A stretch of DNA of 64,000 bases from an uncultured cyanobacterium (GTDB lineage Bacteria; Cyanobacteriota; Cyanobacteriia; Cyanobacteriales; CAWCAG01): the NCBI GenBank assembly GCA_963803805.1, contig CAWDOD010000004.1, forward strand, positions 128,001 through 192,000, in the 5' to 3' direction. The notes below the pieces were generated by a model. It was not told where the DNA came from. It saw only the letters and a list, made by a program, of their open reading frames with translations, and did not search any database. The first letter of the stretch is position 1, and each line of letters begins with the position of its first letter. A program made the position numbers and the translations under genes. Positions 28,746 through 38,942 of the stretch are shown one piece after another.

Positions 28746-30713
28746 TTAACCTTGTCTCAACTTATCTAAAACGCTTAAATCTTCCATCGTCGAGACATCC
28801 CCTACCAACTCTTCCCCGGCAGCCAAATTACGCAAAAAGCGGCGGATAATTTTACCGGATCGGGTTTTGGGCAGGGCATCGGTAAAACGAATTTCCCCCG
28901 GACGAGCGATCGCACCAATTTCTTTAACAACGTGTTGCATGAGTTCTTTTTTCAACTCATCACTGGGATTAGAGTTGCCTTCTAAGGTGACAAAAGCGTA
29001 AACATCTTCTCCCTTAACCTCATCAGGACGACCTACCACCGCCGCTTCTGCTACTGCTGGGTGGGATACCAATGCCGACTCTACCTCCATTGTTCCCAAA
29101 CGATGTCCGGCAACATTAATTACATCGTCTACTCGCCCCATAACCCAGAAATAACCATCTTCATCCTTCCTTGCACCGTCCCCTGCAAAGTAAAGGTATT
29201 GCCCATCTTTGGGGGGTATATGTTCCCAATAGGTCTTGCGGAAGCGTTCATTATCGCCATAAACTGTCCGCATCATACTTGGCCAAGGATGCTTAATAAC
29301 GAGATAACCCCCTTGATTATCGGCTACGGGGTTGCCTTCTAAATCAACAATATCAGCGATGATGCCAGGGAAAGGTAAGGTTGCAGAACCTGGTTTGGTG
29401 GGGGTTGCACCGGGGAGGGGAGTTAACATGAAGCCTCCGGTTTCTGTTTGCCACCAAGTATCGATAATAGGACAGCGTTCATTGCCAATGACTTGGTGAT
29501 ACCACATCCAAGCTTTGGGGTTGATTGGTTCCCCCACTGTTCCCAAAATACGCAAGGAGGACAAATCTCTCGCTTTAGGGTGTTCGTCTCCCAACTTAAT
29601 CAGCGCCCGAATGGCTGTAGGGGCGGTGTAAAAGATATTCACCCCGTACTTTTCCACCACATCCCACCAACAACCAGGGTTAGAGGCGCGGGGTACACCT
29701 TCATACATTAAGCTAGTTGCACCGTTGGATAAAGGGCCATAAACTATGTAACTGTGGCCTGTGATCCAACCTACATCAGCAGTACACCAATAAACATCGG
29801 TTTCTTTGAGATCAAAGGCCCATTTTGTGGTCATGTGGGTGTAAAGGTTATAACCCCCAGTGGTATGAACAACCCCTTTCGGTTTACCCGTTGTACCGCT
29901 AGTGTAGAGGATGAAGAGTAAGTCCTCACTATCCATAGGTTCAGCAGGACATTCAGCAGAGGCTTGGGGTTGTAAGTCGTGCCACCAATGATCTCTACTG
30001 TTAACCATTTCGATGTCTTCTTTGGTTCGCTGTACCACCAAAACATTTTCGACACTAGGGGCGGCATTGTTTTCTAAAGCTTTATCTACCTGTACTTTCA
30101 AAGGGACAACTTTATCTTTGCGGAAGCCCCCATCAGCAGTAATAACTAACTTAGCTTCGGCATCAACTAAGCGATCTTTTAAGGCTTCAGCACTAAAACC
30201 ACCAAAAACAACAGTATGTGCCGCACCAATCCGGGCGCAAGCTAACATGGCGATGGCGGCTTCGGGAATCATGGGTAAATAAATGGCGACGCGATCGCCT
30301 TTTTTTACTCCCAATTCTTTGATGACGTTGGCACACTGACAAACTTCTCGGTGTAGCTGGGCGTAGGTGATGACGCGAGAGTCTCCAGGTTCACCTTCCC
30401 AAATTATCGCTGCTTTGTTTCTACGGTGGGTGGTTAAATGGCGATCTAAACAATTGTAGGAGATGTTGATTTTGCCCCCCACAAACCATTTAGCAAAAGG
30501 GGGTTGCCAATCTAGTACAGTATCCCATTTTTTAAACCAATGGAGTTCCTGTTCTGCCAATTCTGCCCAAAACTGGGCCGGATCTGCTTTGGCTTTGGCA
30601 TAAATTTCTTGATATTCATCTAAACTTTTGATGTTAGCTTCAGCAGAAAATTCAGCCGGAGGAGGAAAGAGGCGCTTTTCTTGGAGGATTGATTCTATAG
30701 TTGGTTGAGACAT
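28746..30713 (-). CDS. acs: Acetyl-CoA synthetase
   Basis: [29 protein letters not shown]. Confidence 0.97.
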   Translation of the reverse strand: MSQPTIESILQEKRLFPPPAEFSAEANIKSLDEYQEIYAKAKADPAQFWAELAEQELHWFKKWDTVLDWQPPFAKWFVGGKINISYNCLDRHLTTHRRNKAAIIWEGEPGDSRVITYAQLHREVCQCANVIKELGVKKGDRVAIYLPMIPEAAIAMLACARIGAAHTVVFGGFSAEALKDRLVDAEAKLVITADGGFRKDKVVPLKVQVDKALENNAAPSVENVLVVQRTKEDIEMVNSRDHWWHDLQPQASAECPAEPMDSEDLLFILYTSGTTGKPKGVVHTTGGYNLYTHMTTKWAFDLKETDVYWCTADVGWITGHSYIVYGPLSNGATSLMYEGVPRASNPGCWWDVVEKYGVNIFYTAPTAIRALIKLGDEHPKARDLSSLRILGTVGEPINPKAWMWYHQVIGNERCPIIDTWWQTETGGFMLTPLPGATPTKPGSATLPFPGIIADIVDLEGNPVADNQGGYLVIKHPWPSMMRTVYGDNERFRKTYWEHIPPKDGQYLYFAGDGARKDEDGYFWVMGRVDDVINVAGHRLGTMEVESALVSHPAVAEAAVVGRPDEVKGEDVYAFVTLEGNSNPSDELKKELMQHVVKEIGAIARPGEIRFTDALPKTRSGKIIRRFLRNLAAGEELVGDVSTMEDLSVLDKLRQG

Positions 30714-30893
30714 TTTAATCAGTAACTAATAATCAGTTAAGCTTGGGGTAATAGTACAATCCTTATACTTACCAGGGTTTGGGTCAATTTTAAGTTACGA
30801 TTTTTGATCTTGAGCCTACTGAAAAAAGAATACATCAAGCAGAATTAATAATGTTGTCAAATTTTGCCCTTTGCCTTACCTGTAGCGCTAAAT

Positions 30894-32180
30894 TTACGAC
30901 AAAACTTCTCTTCCTAAATAAGGTTGTAATACCTCTGGAATTTTCACCGTACCATCGCTTTGCTGATAATTTTCTAAAATCGCCGACATAGTACGCCCGA
31001 CAGCTAAACCGGAACCATTAAGAGTATGAACGAACTGAGTTCCTTTTTTCCCTGCTTCCTTAAAACGAATATTCGCCCTTCGTCCTTGAAAATCTGTACA
31101 GTTAGAACAGCTAGAAATTTCTCGATATTTCCCAGAAGAGGGCAACCACACCTCTAAGTCATAACATTTTGCGGCACTAAAACCAATATCTCCGGTACAG
31201 AGTTCCAATACTCGATAGGGCAGTTTCAAAGCTTGTAGGATAGCTTCGGCATCCCCAACCAACTTTTGATGTTCCTCTACTGATTGATCAGGATGGACAA
31301 TCTTTACCAACTCTACTTTGTTAAATTGATGCAAGCGAATCAAACCCCTCGTATCTTTACCATAGCTTCCTGCTTCGCGACGAAAACAAGGAGTATAAGC
31401 ACAATGGTTTATGGGTAATTGATTCGTTTCTAAAACCTCTTCCCGATAAAGGTTGGTTAAAGGTACTTCGGCTGTGGGAGTTAACCACAAATCGTCATCT
31501 TGGCACTTAAAACTTTCTTCAGCAAACTTAGGTAACTGTCCTGTACCCTGAAGGCTATCGCTATTAATCAATACAGGGGGCATTACTTCCACGTAGCCCG
31601 CCTCAATTTGCTGATCCAGCATAAAACTAATCAAAGCTCTTTCTAAAGCCGCCCCAGCCCCAATTAAGCTCACAAATCGACTCTGAGAAACTTTAACCGC
31701 ACGGGTAAAATCAAGAATCCCTAGCTTTTCTCCTATTTCCCAATGGGGCAAAATTGCTGTATTGCTTGGTAAATACTCATCTCCCCAACGTCTAACTTCG
31801 ATATTCTCTGCTTCACTTTTCCCCACAGGAGTTGATGCGCTGGGCAAATTAGGCAAAGTTAATAACAATTGTAAGCGTTCCTGCTTCAGTTCTTTTTCTT
31901 GTGGTTCTAAATCGCTTAAAGAAACTTTAACTTGGTTGCCTTCCTCTTTTAAGGCTTTGATTTCTTCACTTTGAGGACTAGTTCCCCCTTTAATTGTCTG
32001 CCCAATGAGTTTACCAATTTCGTTACTACGGGCTTGTAATTGAGTCCGCTTAGTTTCTATTTCCCGTTGTTGTTTGTCCAAGTCTAAAATAGGCTGGAGG
32101 TTATATTCCCCGGCACTACGACTATCTAATCGTTCTTGAACAAAAGCTTGATTTTCTCTAATTTGCTTGAGGTCTAGCAC
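30894..32180 (-). CDS. serS: Seryl-tRNA synthetase
   Basis: [34 protein letters not shown]. Confidence 0.98.
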   Translation of the reverse strand: MLDLKQIRENQAFVQERLDSRSAGEYNLQPILDLDKQQREIETKRTQLQARSNEIGKLIGQTIKGGTSPQSEEIKALKEEGNQVKVSLSDLEPQEKELKQERLQLLLTLPNLPSASTPVGKSEAENIEVRRWGDEYLPSNTAILPHWEIGEKLGILDFTRAVKVSQSRFVSLIGAGAALERALISFMLDQQIEAGYVEVMPPVLINSDSLQGTGQLPKFAEESFKCQDDDLWLTPTAEVPLTNLYREEVLETNQLPINHCAYTPCFRREAGSYGKDTRGLIRLHQFNKVELVKIVHPDQSVEEHQKLVGDAEAILQALKLPYRVLELCTGDIGFSAAKCYDLEVWLPSSGKYREISSCSNCTDFQGRRANIRFKEAGKKGTQFVHTLNGSGLAVGRTMSAILENYQQSDGTVKIPEVLQPYLGREVLS

Positions 32181-32269
32181 AAACTTAAACTTAGTAGCTG
32201 AATGACTTATTCTTTTTGTAGAATATCTTGTTTTCGTAGGTTAAATAACTAGCAATCCAAAAAGCGAAC

Positions 32270-32842
32270 TTAACGAGTAATTCTATTTAGAAGCCAAAGA
32301 GAAGAAAGAACACCAGAAAAATGGGCTGCAATAGTATTAGTATTGGCTTGAATAACAAACAAATCAATGGGTTTAACAAACTGAGTTGTATTGGGCGTAG
32401 CCAGGGTTCCCTGGGCAATAGTGAGGGTTTTAGCCAACACGATACCAACAATAGCTTCTGCGCCAATGATCGTAATTACCATGCCAATTAAGTTAACCAT
32501 TAACCCCATTCTAATCACTCTGATAGTATCTGCTTTCTTAGGACGTTGACTTGCATCAGGACTTCTGAGAAGCTTAGCAATAGTCCTGTAGCGGAAAGAA
32601 TAGTAAATACCTCCCCCAAGAGCGACTAAACCGCAAAGAGCGCAAAAAATACCAAATTCTGCTCCTGGAGTAGATTGTTCTCCATCCAATAAACCAGGAC
32701 TAGCAAACAAAACGGTTACGGTAGAGATAACTCCTAAAATTAGTTGTATCCAAAAACCGATAGAACCACAGGACTTCATGGCTAAGGAAGCTCGTTCTAC
32801 TTCAGGGCGCAAGGAAGAAGAAAGTTGAGACTGTTCATTCAT
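32270..32842 (-). CDS. DUF3611-like membrane protein
   Basis: GFWIQLILG, IQANTNTIAAHF; several TM helices. Confidence 0.8.
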   Translation of the reverse strand: MNEQSQLSSSLRPEVERASLAMKSCGSIGFWIQLILGVISTVTVLFASPGLLDGEQSTPGAEFGIFCALCGLVALGGGIYYSFRYRTIAKLLRSPDASQRPKKADTIRVIRMGLMVNLIGMVITIIGAEAIVGIVLAKTLTIAQGTLATPNTTQFVKPIDLFVIQANTNTIAAHFSGVLSSLWLLNRITR

Positions 32843-33145
32843 AGGATTTTCACCAAGGTAAAAGGAGTCATCTCAATGAGGGTTGTTATTTGCCATTGGG
32901 GTGAAAAGGCTACTCTTCGCTTTTGGCATTCTAACAACTTTGGGATACTTATTAGACAAAATAAAGTGGTAAATTCAGTAATACTCAATTAGTTGACCGT
33001 CGCTGCCCATAACCGTTAAATAAAACAAAAATTTTCATATATTGAGAAGTTTTATTTGCTTTATCAAAGAAATTGCCGTAACTTAAAACGGGGTGCGCAA
33101 AACTTTGTCTCATTTTTGGCTAGCAGTTTAGCAAAGAAACCTTAA

Positions 33146-33161
33146 TGTATTTTTTGCTACA
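33146..33161. promoter_or_regulatory. NtcA-box-like site
   Basis: TGTA-TTTTTTGC-TACA (GTA-N8-TAC) in the divergent DUF3611/pex intergenic region. Confidence 0.5.
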
Positions 33162-33659
33162 AAACCTCCCCAACCTCTTCTCCATGATAAAAACTGGAGC
33201 TAAAAGTGAATCTGAAGTTTAGTTCCTCAAAAAATAGGAAACATATGCTATGGGTATATCTAGAAAGCGCTGTTAGCCGTTATAGTATAAAAGCTGTCTT
33301 CTGAATACTTTAAAAAGTGTTACTGAATGAAGCAAATACAGGTCAAATTGCTCTACCAAGCTTTGCCAACAGTTTCTTTTTTCCCCTAGACCGTATTTTC
33401 CCCTTATTTATCCGCAGGGTTCCGCAGATACCAAACGCCTACCAGAACTTATAGCTTTAAAATGCAAATGAATGTTCAACAAAAGGCAACATCAGTTCAC
33501 TTTTCTCCGTCTCATATCAGGGGCATTTGGTACTTACGGGCAAAATACTCTCTTCAAATTTGCTATATAACCCTGACGAGAGTATATAGAATTGTATTAG
33601 CTAATGAGGGCCAAAATTTGTTCTATTTACATGGCACTAAAGCAACCAATGTTTCTCCT

Positions 33660-33780
33660 TTGACTTATTGACCCGCCAGGAAGCAGCGGAAGATCAATAG
33701 CTTTTTTTTATTTGCTTCCATCAGGAGTGTATCGTCAGTTAACCAAATATAGGAGTTCTCAATCAATCACATTGATTGGG
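33660..33780 (+). promoter_or_regulatory. Candidate compact c-di-AMP (ydaO/yuaA-like) riboswitch leader
   Basis: AGCGG (33685), GGAAG/CTTCC pairing, CGTCAGTTAACC (33733-33744) ...TAGG, then hairpin CTCAATCAAT/ATTGATTGGG just before the pex start. Confidence 0.45.
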
Positions 33781-33800
33781 AAGTTTGACGAGTAATACAC

Positions 33801-34160
33801 ATGCACATGAAATTTGATGATATCTATAAATTCTTCCAGACCCCTCCCCCACTATATTTGAATAAAGAACTAGCTGTATGTTACGTACTTTCAGTTCTTT
33901 TACAGGGAGAATCTTACGGAACCGAACTCATTGAGTTACTAGAAAAAAGGTATCCTACCTACAGGCTATCTGATACGGTTCTCTATAGTGCCTTAAAATT
34001 CTTGGAAGAAGAAGGGACAATTGCCGGTTATTGGAAAAAGGTTGAAGGACGAGGCCGCCCTCGCCGAATGTATCAAGTTTGTTCAACAGCTCGGAAACAA
34101 ACTGAAGAATTAGCTAGCTTCTGGCGAGATTACATCGCTAGAGAAAGCCAAGCTATGTAA
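33801..34160 (+). CDS. pex: PadR-family regulator, circadian period extender Pex
   Basis: LNKELAVCYVL, ESYGTELI, RLSDTVLYSALKFLE, GRGRPRRMY. Confidence 0.85.
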   Translation: MHMKFDDIYKFFQTPPPLYLNKELAVCYVLSVLLQGESYGTELIELLEKRYPTYRLSDTVLYSALKFLEEEGTIAGYWKKVEGRGRPRRMYQVCSTARKQTEELASFWRDYIARESQAM

Positions 34161-34399
34161 TGTTTGATGCTAGCTGGGTTAGGGAAGAAGGAAAGATTTG
34201 CTAATGTCCTAAAATCACCCAACAGCTTTTTTAGGAGAGAGTTGGGATGGTAATTAGTAAGAGATTTATATTATAACCTTTTGCCTGGTTATCATACTGT
34301 CTTAGGGAGGACATAATTCTTAAGTCTAGGAAAAAAAGGGCAAACTGTTTTTAATCCTTTCTAGATTCCCGTTACCCGCTACCATCAATCTTATACATA

Positions 34400-34963
34400 G
34401 TGTTTGGCTTATTTTTTAGACGACCCGTGAATAATCCTATTCTTTCTTCTACTTTTTTCTTGACTTTGTTACTCATGGTGGGTCTATTCTTTTTTATTCG
34501 GGCTTCGGTTAAGGATAGAATTCAACAATTACAACTAGTTACAGAAGAATCAGTTGAATCTCTTTTACCAACTTTGCAACAATATTTTTCTCAGAGAGCT
34601 TATCAAGTAGCTTCTAGTGAAGCCCAAAACAATTTAGTCATTTTCCAAGGATTTGTACAACCCAGCTTATTTTTAGCAGTTTTCTTAACAGTTTTAGCTG
34701 CTTGTGGATTGCTTTGTTTCGCTGTGGTGTTATCTTTCCTTTTTCCTGATTCTGGTGGTTTGTTTCTCTTGCTAACCATACTAGCACCAGTGTCAGGAAT
34801 ATTTTATTGGCGAAAATCTGGCCGTATTGAGGAAGTAGCTTTAAAAGTGGAAAAAAATGATAGTAATGACCAACAAACTATTGTTACTGTTACAGGTCAT
34901 CGTGATGAACTAGCACAACTGAAGCAAGCTTGGCCTCTTAAAATTGCTAGCTTATCAAAGTAA
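34400..34963 (+). CDS. Cytochrome b6f cofactor assembly protein CCB1-like (DUF3529)
   Basis: STFFLTLLLMVGLFFFIRASVKDR, FYWRKSGRIE, GHRDEL. Confidence 0.85.
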   Translation: MFGLFFRRPVNNPILSSTFFLTLLLMVGLFFFIRASVKDRIQQLQLVTEESVESLLPTLQQYFSQRAYQVASSEAQNNLVIFQGFVQPSLFLAVFLTVLAACGLLCFAVVLSFLFPDSGGLFLLLTILAPVSGIFYWRKSGRIEEVALKVEKNDSNDQQTIVTVTGHRDELAQLKQAWPLKIASLSK

Positions 34964-34969
34964 AAATTA

Positions 34970-35104
34970 AAAACCCCACTCATCACAAATGAGTAGGGTC
35001 AATAGATTTCATGTTAGTCCCCAATTCATTTTAAATAAATTGGGGACAGCAAAAAAATAATTCTACCTTTAGTTCATAAAGTTCATTGTCATAGGGCAAT
35101 GAAA
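34970..35104. terminator. Three consecutive hairpins between convergent genes
   Basis: CCC.ACTCAT/ATGAGT.GGG; GTCCCCAA/TTGGGGAC; TTCATTG/CAATGAA. Confidence 0.55.
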
Positions 35105-35147
35105 AAGAAAAAACGAAAGTGTAATTATTATAAATTGCTGTGAGTAA

Positions 35148-35462
35148 TTACTTACTTCCAGCATTTACAAGAACTTTTTGCTGAGGCTGAATTGTCCGCA
35201 AACTGGGAAAAAGAAAATGGTTTTCTTCAACATATTGAGCGCCAAATAAACCTTTTTCTGCCCAGAAATAGCGGTCTGTCGTATGCTCATTTCGCTTAAC
35301 AACCAATAAAGCTGGGGGAGCAATGCCCTCAGAAGCAATGTATTTGCGTGCTGCTGTAACTGGTTTGTCCTCGCCGCTCTCTAGATTATGCTGTGGTACT
35401 AATTCTAGAATTTTACGCCCTTCTTGACGGCGACGACTTTTCCGCTTGCGTTTTCTTGCCAA
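35148..35462 (-). CDS. DUF3155-like conserved cyanobacterial protein
   Basis: RKRKRKSRRRQEGR, RNEHTTDRYFWAEKGLFGAQY. Confidence 0.85.
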   Translation of the reverse strand: MARKRKRKSRRRQEGRKILELVPQHNLESGEDKPVTAARKYIASEGIAPPALLVVKRNEHTTDRYFWAEKGLFGAQYVEENHFLFPSLRTIQPQQKVLVNAGSK

Positions 35463-35864
35463 CCTGCTTACCTCCTATTTCGGCTAATAGCTGTAATCAT
35501 CGTTACAAAAGCCGTCGAAAGTATATCCGGTTTCGCCAAAAATATCAACCACTTGATAGCAATTTATCTTTGCTAATCTCGTAAATACGATGTACATTAT
35601 CGGCTATGAATCCTGATGATAACTGAATTTGAGCAGCTTCCGTAAAAAAAGTGATTTTTTTAACAAAAAGTATAACTTGATGAGTTGCTGTATCACAACA
35701 GAATCTCGAAACCAGCAATTTTCCCAAGCTATTGTCAGTCCTAAAATAAAAAAAAGAAAAGTATCTTAGACTGAAATACTATCATGGACTTATTGTCGCA
35801 GAAATCTATCAAAAAGCCCACACCCTGAACCCTAGTGGGCAGAAAAATATTTGAGTTCAACTTC

Positions 35865-37247
35865 ATGTTTGTTCCAGCCAGCCAAGAATTTGTTGCCCTT
35901 TGCCAAGCTCAGATTGCGATCCTAACTAAAACATTAGGTGCAGCTTGGAGTGCTGTTTATTTGACCCAAGGATGGTTAGAGGAGAGCCGCAAACTTATAC
36001 CTGTAGTGGTTCATCCTGAAGTGGCAGTTTGGCAGAATAAGCAGCCTTTAGCCCTATCTCCGGAAACCTGGAAGCAGGTTGACTCTAGCCCTAAATTAAT
36101 TGATTCGACGAATAAGACTGAGACTAAAACTGATGCTAACAGTTCCCAGTCTCAAAACGCAGAAGTATTAGTTGAAGAGCTTTTATTGGGGCAGCATCAA
36201 ATAGTTTTGCCTTTGATCCATGAAGAAATTGTCATGGGTTTGTTGGTGACTAGGCGTGAAGATCGTGATTGGAACAATTATGAATTGACTCAAATTGAAA
36301 ATATTGCTAGAACCTTAACTATTGCTTGTTTGTTAGATAAGAGACAAAGGTGGTACAAACAGCAATTAAATGAGCAAAAAAACTTTGCCCTGAATCAAAA
36401 AGATCACTTAGATGATCTGCTCCATCAATTACGCAATCCTTTGACGGCTTTGCGTACTTTTAGTAAATTGTTGTTGAAACGTTTGTTGCCAGAAGATCGT
36501 AACCACAAACTTGCTAAGAGTATGATTGAACAAAGCGATCGCCTTCAAGAGTTATTACAGCAAATGGATATTTATCTTGCTCAAATGGATCTAGCAGATG
36601 AATCTAAAAGTTTCAGAGCTAGTCCTAAAGATTCTGTAAATTCAACACTATCTTTGTTGCCCGGCAAGCTAGAATTATCATCTTTTAAAGTAGAAGAAGT
36701 TTTAGAACCTCTGTTGATTTCTGGAGCCGCGATCGCTCAAGAAAGAAATTTAGAATTGATTGCTGATCTGTCCCCGGATTTACCCTTGGTTAAAGCAAAT
36801 CCTTTAGCTTTAAGGGAGGTTTTAAATAACTTAATTGATAATGCTTTGAAATATACCCCTCCAGGGGGAAAGATTTATCTTCGTAGTTTGGAAAGACAAA
36901 CAACTCAAACAACTTTCCAAGGTATTGCTATTTACGATGAGGGGCCAGGTATTCCTTCCCAGGATCAAAAACATATTTTTGAGCGCCATTATCGAGGAGT
37001 ACAATCCCAAGGAGATATTCAAGGTAGTGGTTTGGGTTTAGCGATCGCTAAGGCATTGGTAGAACAAATGCACGGGGAAATTGAGTTGATTAGCCCTGTT
37101 GAAGGGCGAGAAGATAATTTATTAGCCCCTGGAACTGCATTTGTTGTTTGGTTGCCTATAAATGGAATCCAGGGTTCAGGGGTAAACGTTTCTAGCTTGG
37201 CAAGAACAAATACTGTTATCAATAGTCAAATGTTTGATGATAAATGA
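35865..37247 (+). CDS. hik2: GAF-domain histidine kinase, Hik2/CSK-like
   Basis: SQEFVALCQAQ...AVYLT, LLHQLRNPLTA H-box, NLIDNALKYT, DEGPGI, GSGLGLAI. Confidence 0.8.
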   Translation: MFVPASQEFVALCQAQIAILTKTLGAAWSAVYLTQGWLEESRKLIPVVVHPEVAVWQNKQPLALSPETWKQVDSSPKLIDSTNKTETKTDANSSQSQNAEVLVEELLLGQHQIVLPLIHEEIVMGLLVTRREDRDWNNYELTQIENIARTLTIACLLDKRQRWYKQQLNEQKNFALNQKDHLDDLLHQLRNPLTALRTFSKLLLKRLLPEDRNHKLAKSMIEQSDRLQELLQQMDIYLAQMDLADESKSFRASPKDSVNSTLSLLPGKLELSSFKVEEVLEPLLISGAAIAQERNLELIADLSPDLPLVKANPLALREVLNNLIDNALKYTPPGGKIYLRSLERQTTQTTFQGIAIYDEGPGIPSQDQKHIFERHYRGVQSQGDIQGSGLGLAIAKALVEQMHGEIELISPVEGREDNLLAPGTAFVVWLPINGIQGSGVNVSSLARTNTVINSQMFDDK

Positions 37248-37347
37248 TCAATGGCATAAGCTACTCCTAGAGAGATGAAAGTTAACTAGAAGCAGAGTAA
37301 ATTGGGTTAAATAATTACAAGGCGTGGATATTAACTAGCAACTACCA

Positions 37348-38640
37348 ATGTGGAAATATAAACATCAGCAAATTTTTAAGCTAGCAGTAGCAATCTCAAT
37401 CAGTTTGGGAGTTATTAATTCTGGTAGCATCAAAGCAGAAGGTTTAAAACAACAGCCGAGAACTAAACAAGTTGTTGATGGTCTTTATACTAATAATCTC
37501 GAAGCCGCAGCATCCTTTCAACAAGGGATGACTTTTTATAATCGAGGCAACAAACAAAAAGCTAGGGAGTTTTTTATCGAGGCTTTGGAATCTGAGCCTT
37601 ATATGGCTATGGCTCATTATATGCTGGCTAATGTTTATTCAGAAGAAGGAAAATTAGCTAAGGCGATCGCCCATTATCGGCAAACCATTGGTTACAAACC
37701 TAATATGACCGATGCTCACTATAATTTAGGTTTAGCCTTATATCGCCAAGGGGACGTTGAAGAGGCTAATAGACAATTTCAGCGCACCATCGAACTAGAT
37801 CCTGACTTTACTCAGGCTTATTACAATCAGGGTTTAGTTTTATACAGCCAAGGTAATTACACTCAAGCTAATCAATCTTTTCAACAAGCTAGTGATCTTA
37901 ATCCTGATGATCCTCAGCCTCTATATAACCAAGGTTTAATCGCTATTAAGCAAGGAAGAACAGAGCAAGCTATTGGTCAAATTGAGCAAGCTTTAGCTGT
38001 TGATGCTAATTTTGCCCCAGCCTATTATCAATTGGGGTTATTATACGCTAACCAAGGTCAGTTAGAATTGGCTAGAGAAAATCTTAACAAAGCATCTCAA
38101 GTTGCCCCTAACGATCCACAAATTCAATACAATTTGGGTCTAGTTTATGTTCAACTAGAAAATTATGATGCGGCGAGGGTAAGGTTTGAACAAGCAGCAA
38201 GGCTTGATAAAAACAATGCTAGTGCTTATCGTCAGTTAGGGGTTGTTCGCCTCAAGCAAGGCAATTTCAATGGGGCAGCAGAGGCATTGGAGAAAGCCCA
38301 AACTCTTGATGGTGATTCTAACGCCAGAGATCCGGTGCTTAGTTACAACTTAGGAGTAGCTTATCAGCGTTCCGAAAATTGTGAGGCAGCGATTTCTAGC
38401 TACCAAGAAGCTATTTTCCTTGATCCTAATCTTGCTCCAGCTTTCCATAATCTTGGGGTTTGTTTACACAAAACTGGACGTACAGAAGAAGCTGTTTCTT
38501 TTCTTATTGAAGCGAAGAAGCTCTATCTCCAACAAAATAACCAAGAAAAAGCAGCAGAAATTGACAATTATGTTCGGGGGGCAATTATTCCTGCTCTTTC
38601 TCCTACCCCACCAAGGGTTGAAGAGAAACCTGCAACATAG
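37348..38640 (+). CDS. Secreted TPR protein
   Basis: Signal peptide followed by about 10 canonical 34-aa TPRs (AHYNLGLAL...). Confidence 0.9.
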   Translation: MWKYKHQQIFKLAVAISISLGVINSGSIKAEGLKQQPRTKQVVDGLYTNNLEAAASFQQGMTFYNRGNKQKAREFFIEALESEPYMAMAHYMLANVYSEEGKLAKAIAHYRQTIGYKPNMTDAHYNLGLALYRQGDVEEANRQFQRTIELDPDFTQAYYNQGLVLYSQGNYTQANQSFQQASDLNPDDPQPLYNQGLIAIKQGRTEQAIGQIEQALAVDANFAPAYYQLGLLYANQGQLELARENLNKASQVAPNDPQIQYNLGLVYVQLENYDAARVRFEQAARLDKNNASAYRQLGVVRLKQGNFNGAAEALEKAQTLDGDSNARDPVLSYNLGVAYQRSENCEAAISSYQEAIFLDPNLAPAFHNLGVCLHKTGRTEEAVSFLIEAKKLYLQQNNQEKAAEIDNYVRGAIIPALSPTPPRVEEKPAT

Positions 38641-38770
38641 AGTGAAATATAGCAGTTCTTATGGCAATGAGAACTGCTAACCTGCCATAACAGTCAAAGG
38701 TGAGGGCTTCTTAGTTATATAAACTAAGCATTTTCTGTTAGTTGAAGAGTTTACAGGGCTATTGACTAAT

Positions 38771-38819
38771 TATTTATCAATGGACAATGGACAATTGGTT
38801 AATTGTCCATTGATAAATA
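38771..38819. repeat. 18-bp perfect inverted repeat built from AATGGAC heptamers
   Basis: TATTTATCAATGGACAAT...ATTGTCCATTGATAAATA. Confidence 0.8.
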
Positions 38820-38942
38820 TTCTATACGTTTAGGTAATTTCTTATTTACTTGCCTGAACTCACAATATAGAGTGGAGCAAAGAACTCTCTTGATTTTTGA
38901 TTATGCCTCCGGTAACGGTAAGCTGCATAATTTCCAATTTCC

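Noticed and set aside
33462..33671. 69-aa ORF upstream of pex
   Set aside because: No SD or motifs; lies in the likely promoter/leader region
33678..33687. AGGAAGCAGC resembling the SRP RNA domain IV motif
   Set aside because: The CAGG...GGAA tetraloop context and long closing helix are absent; the surrounding blocks fit a ydaO-like leader better
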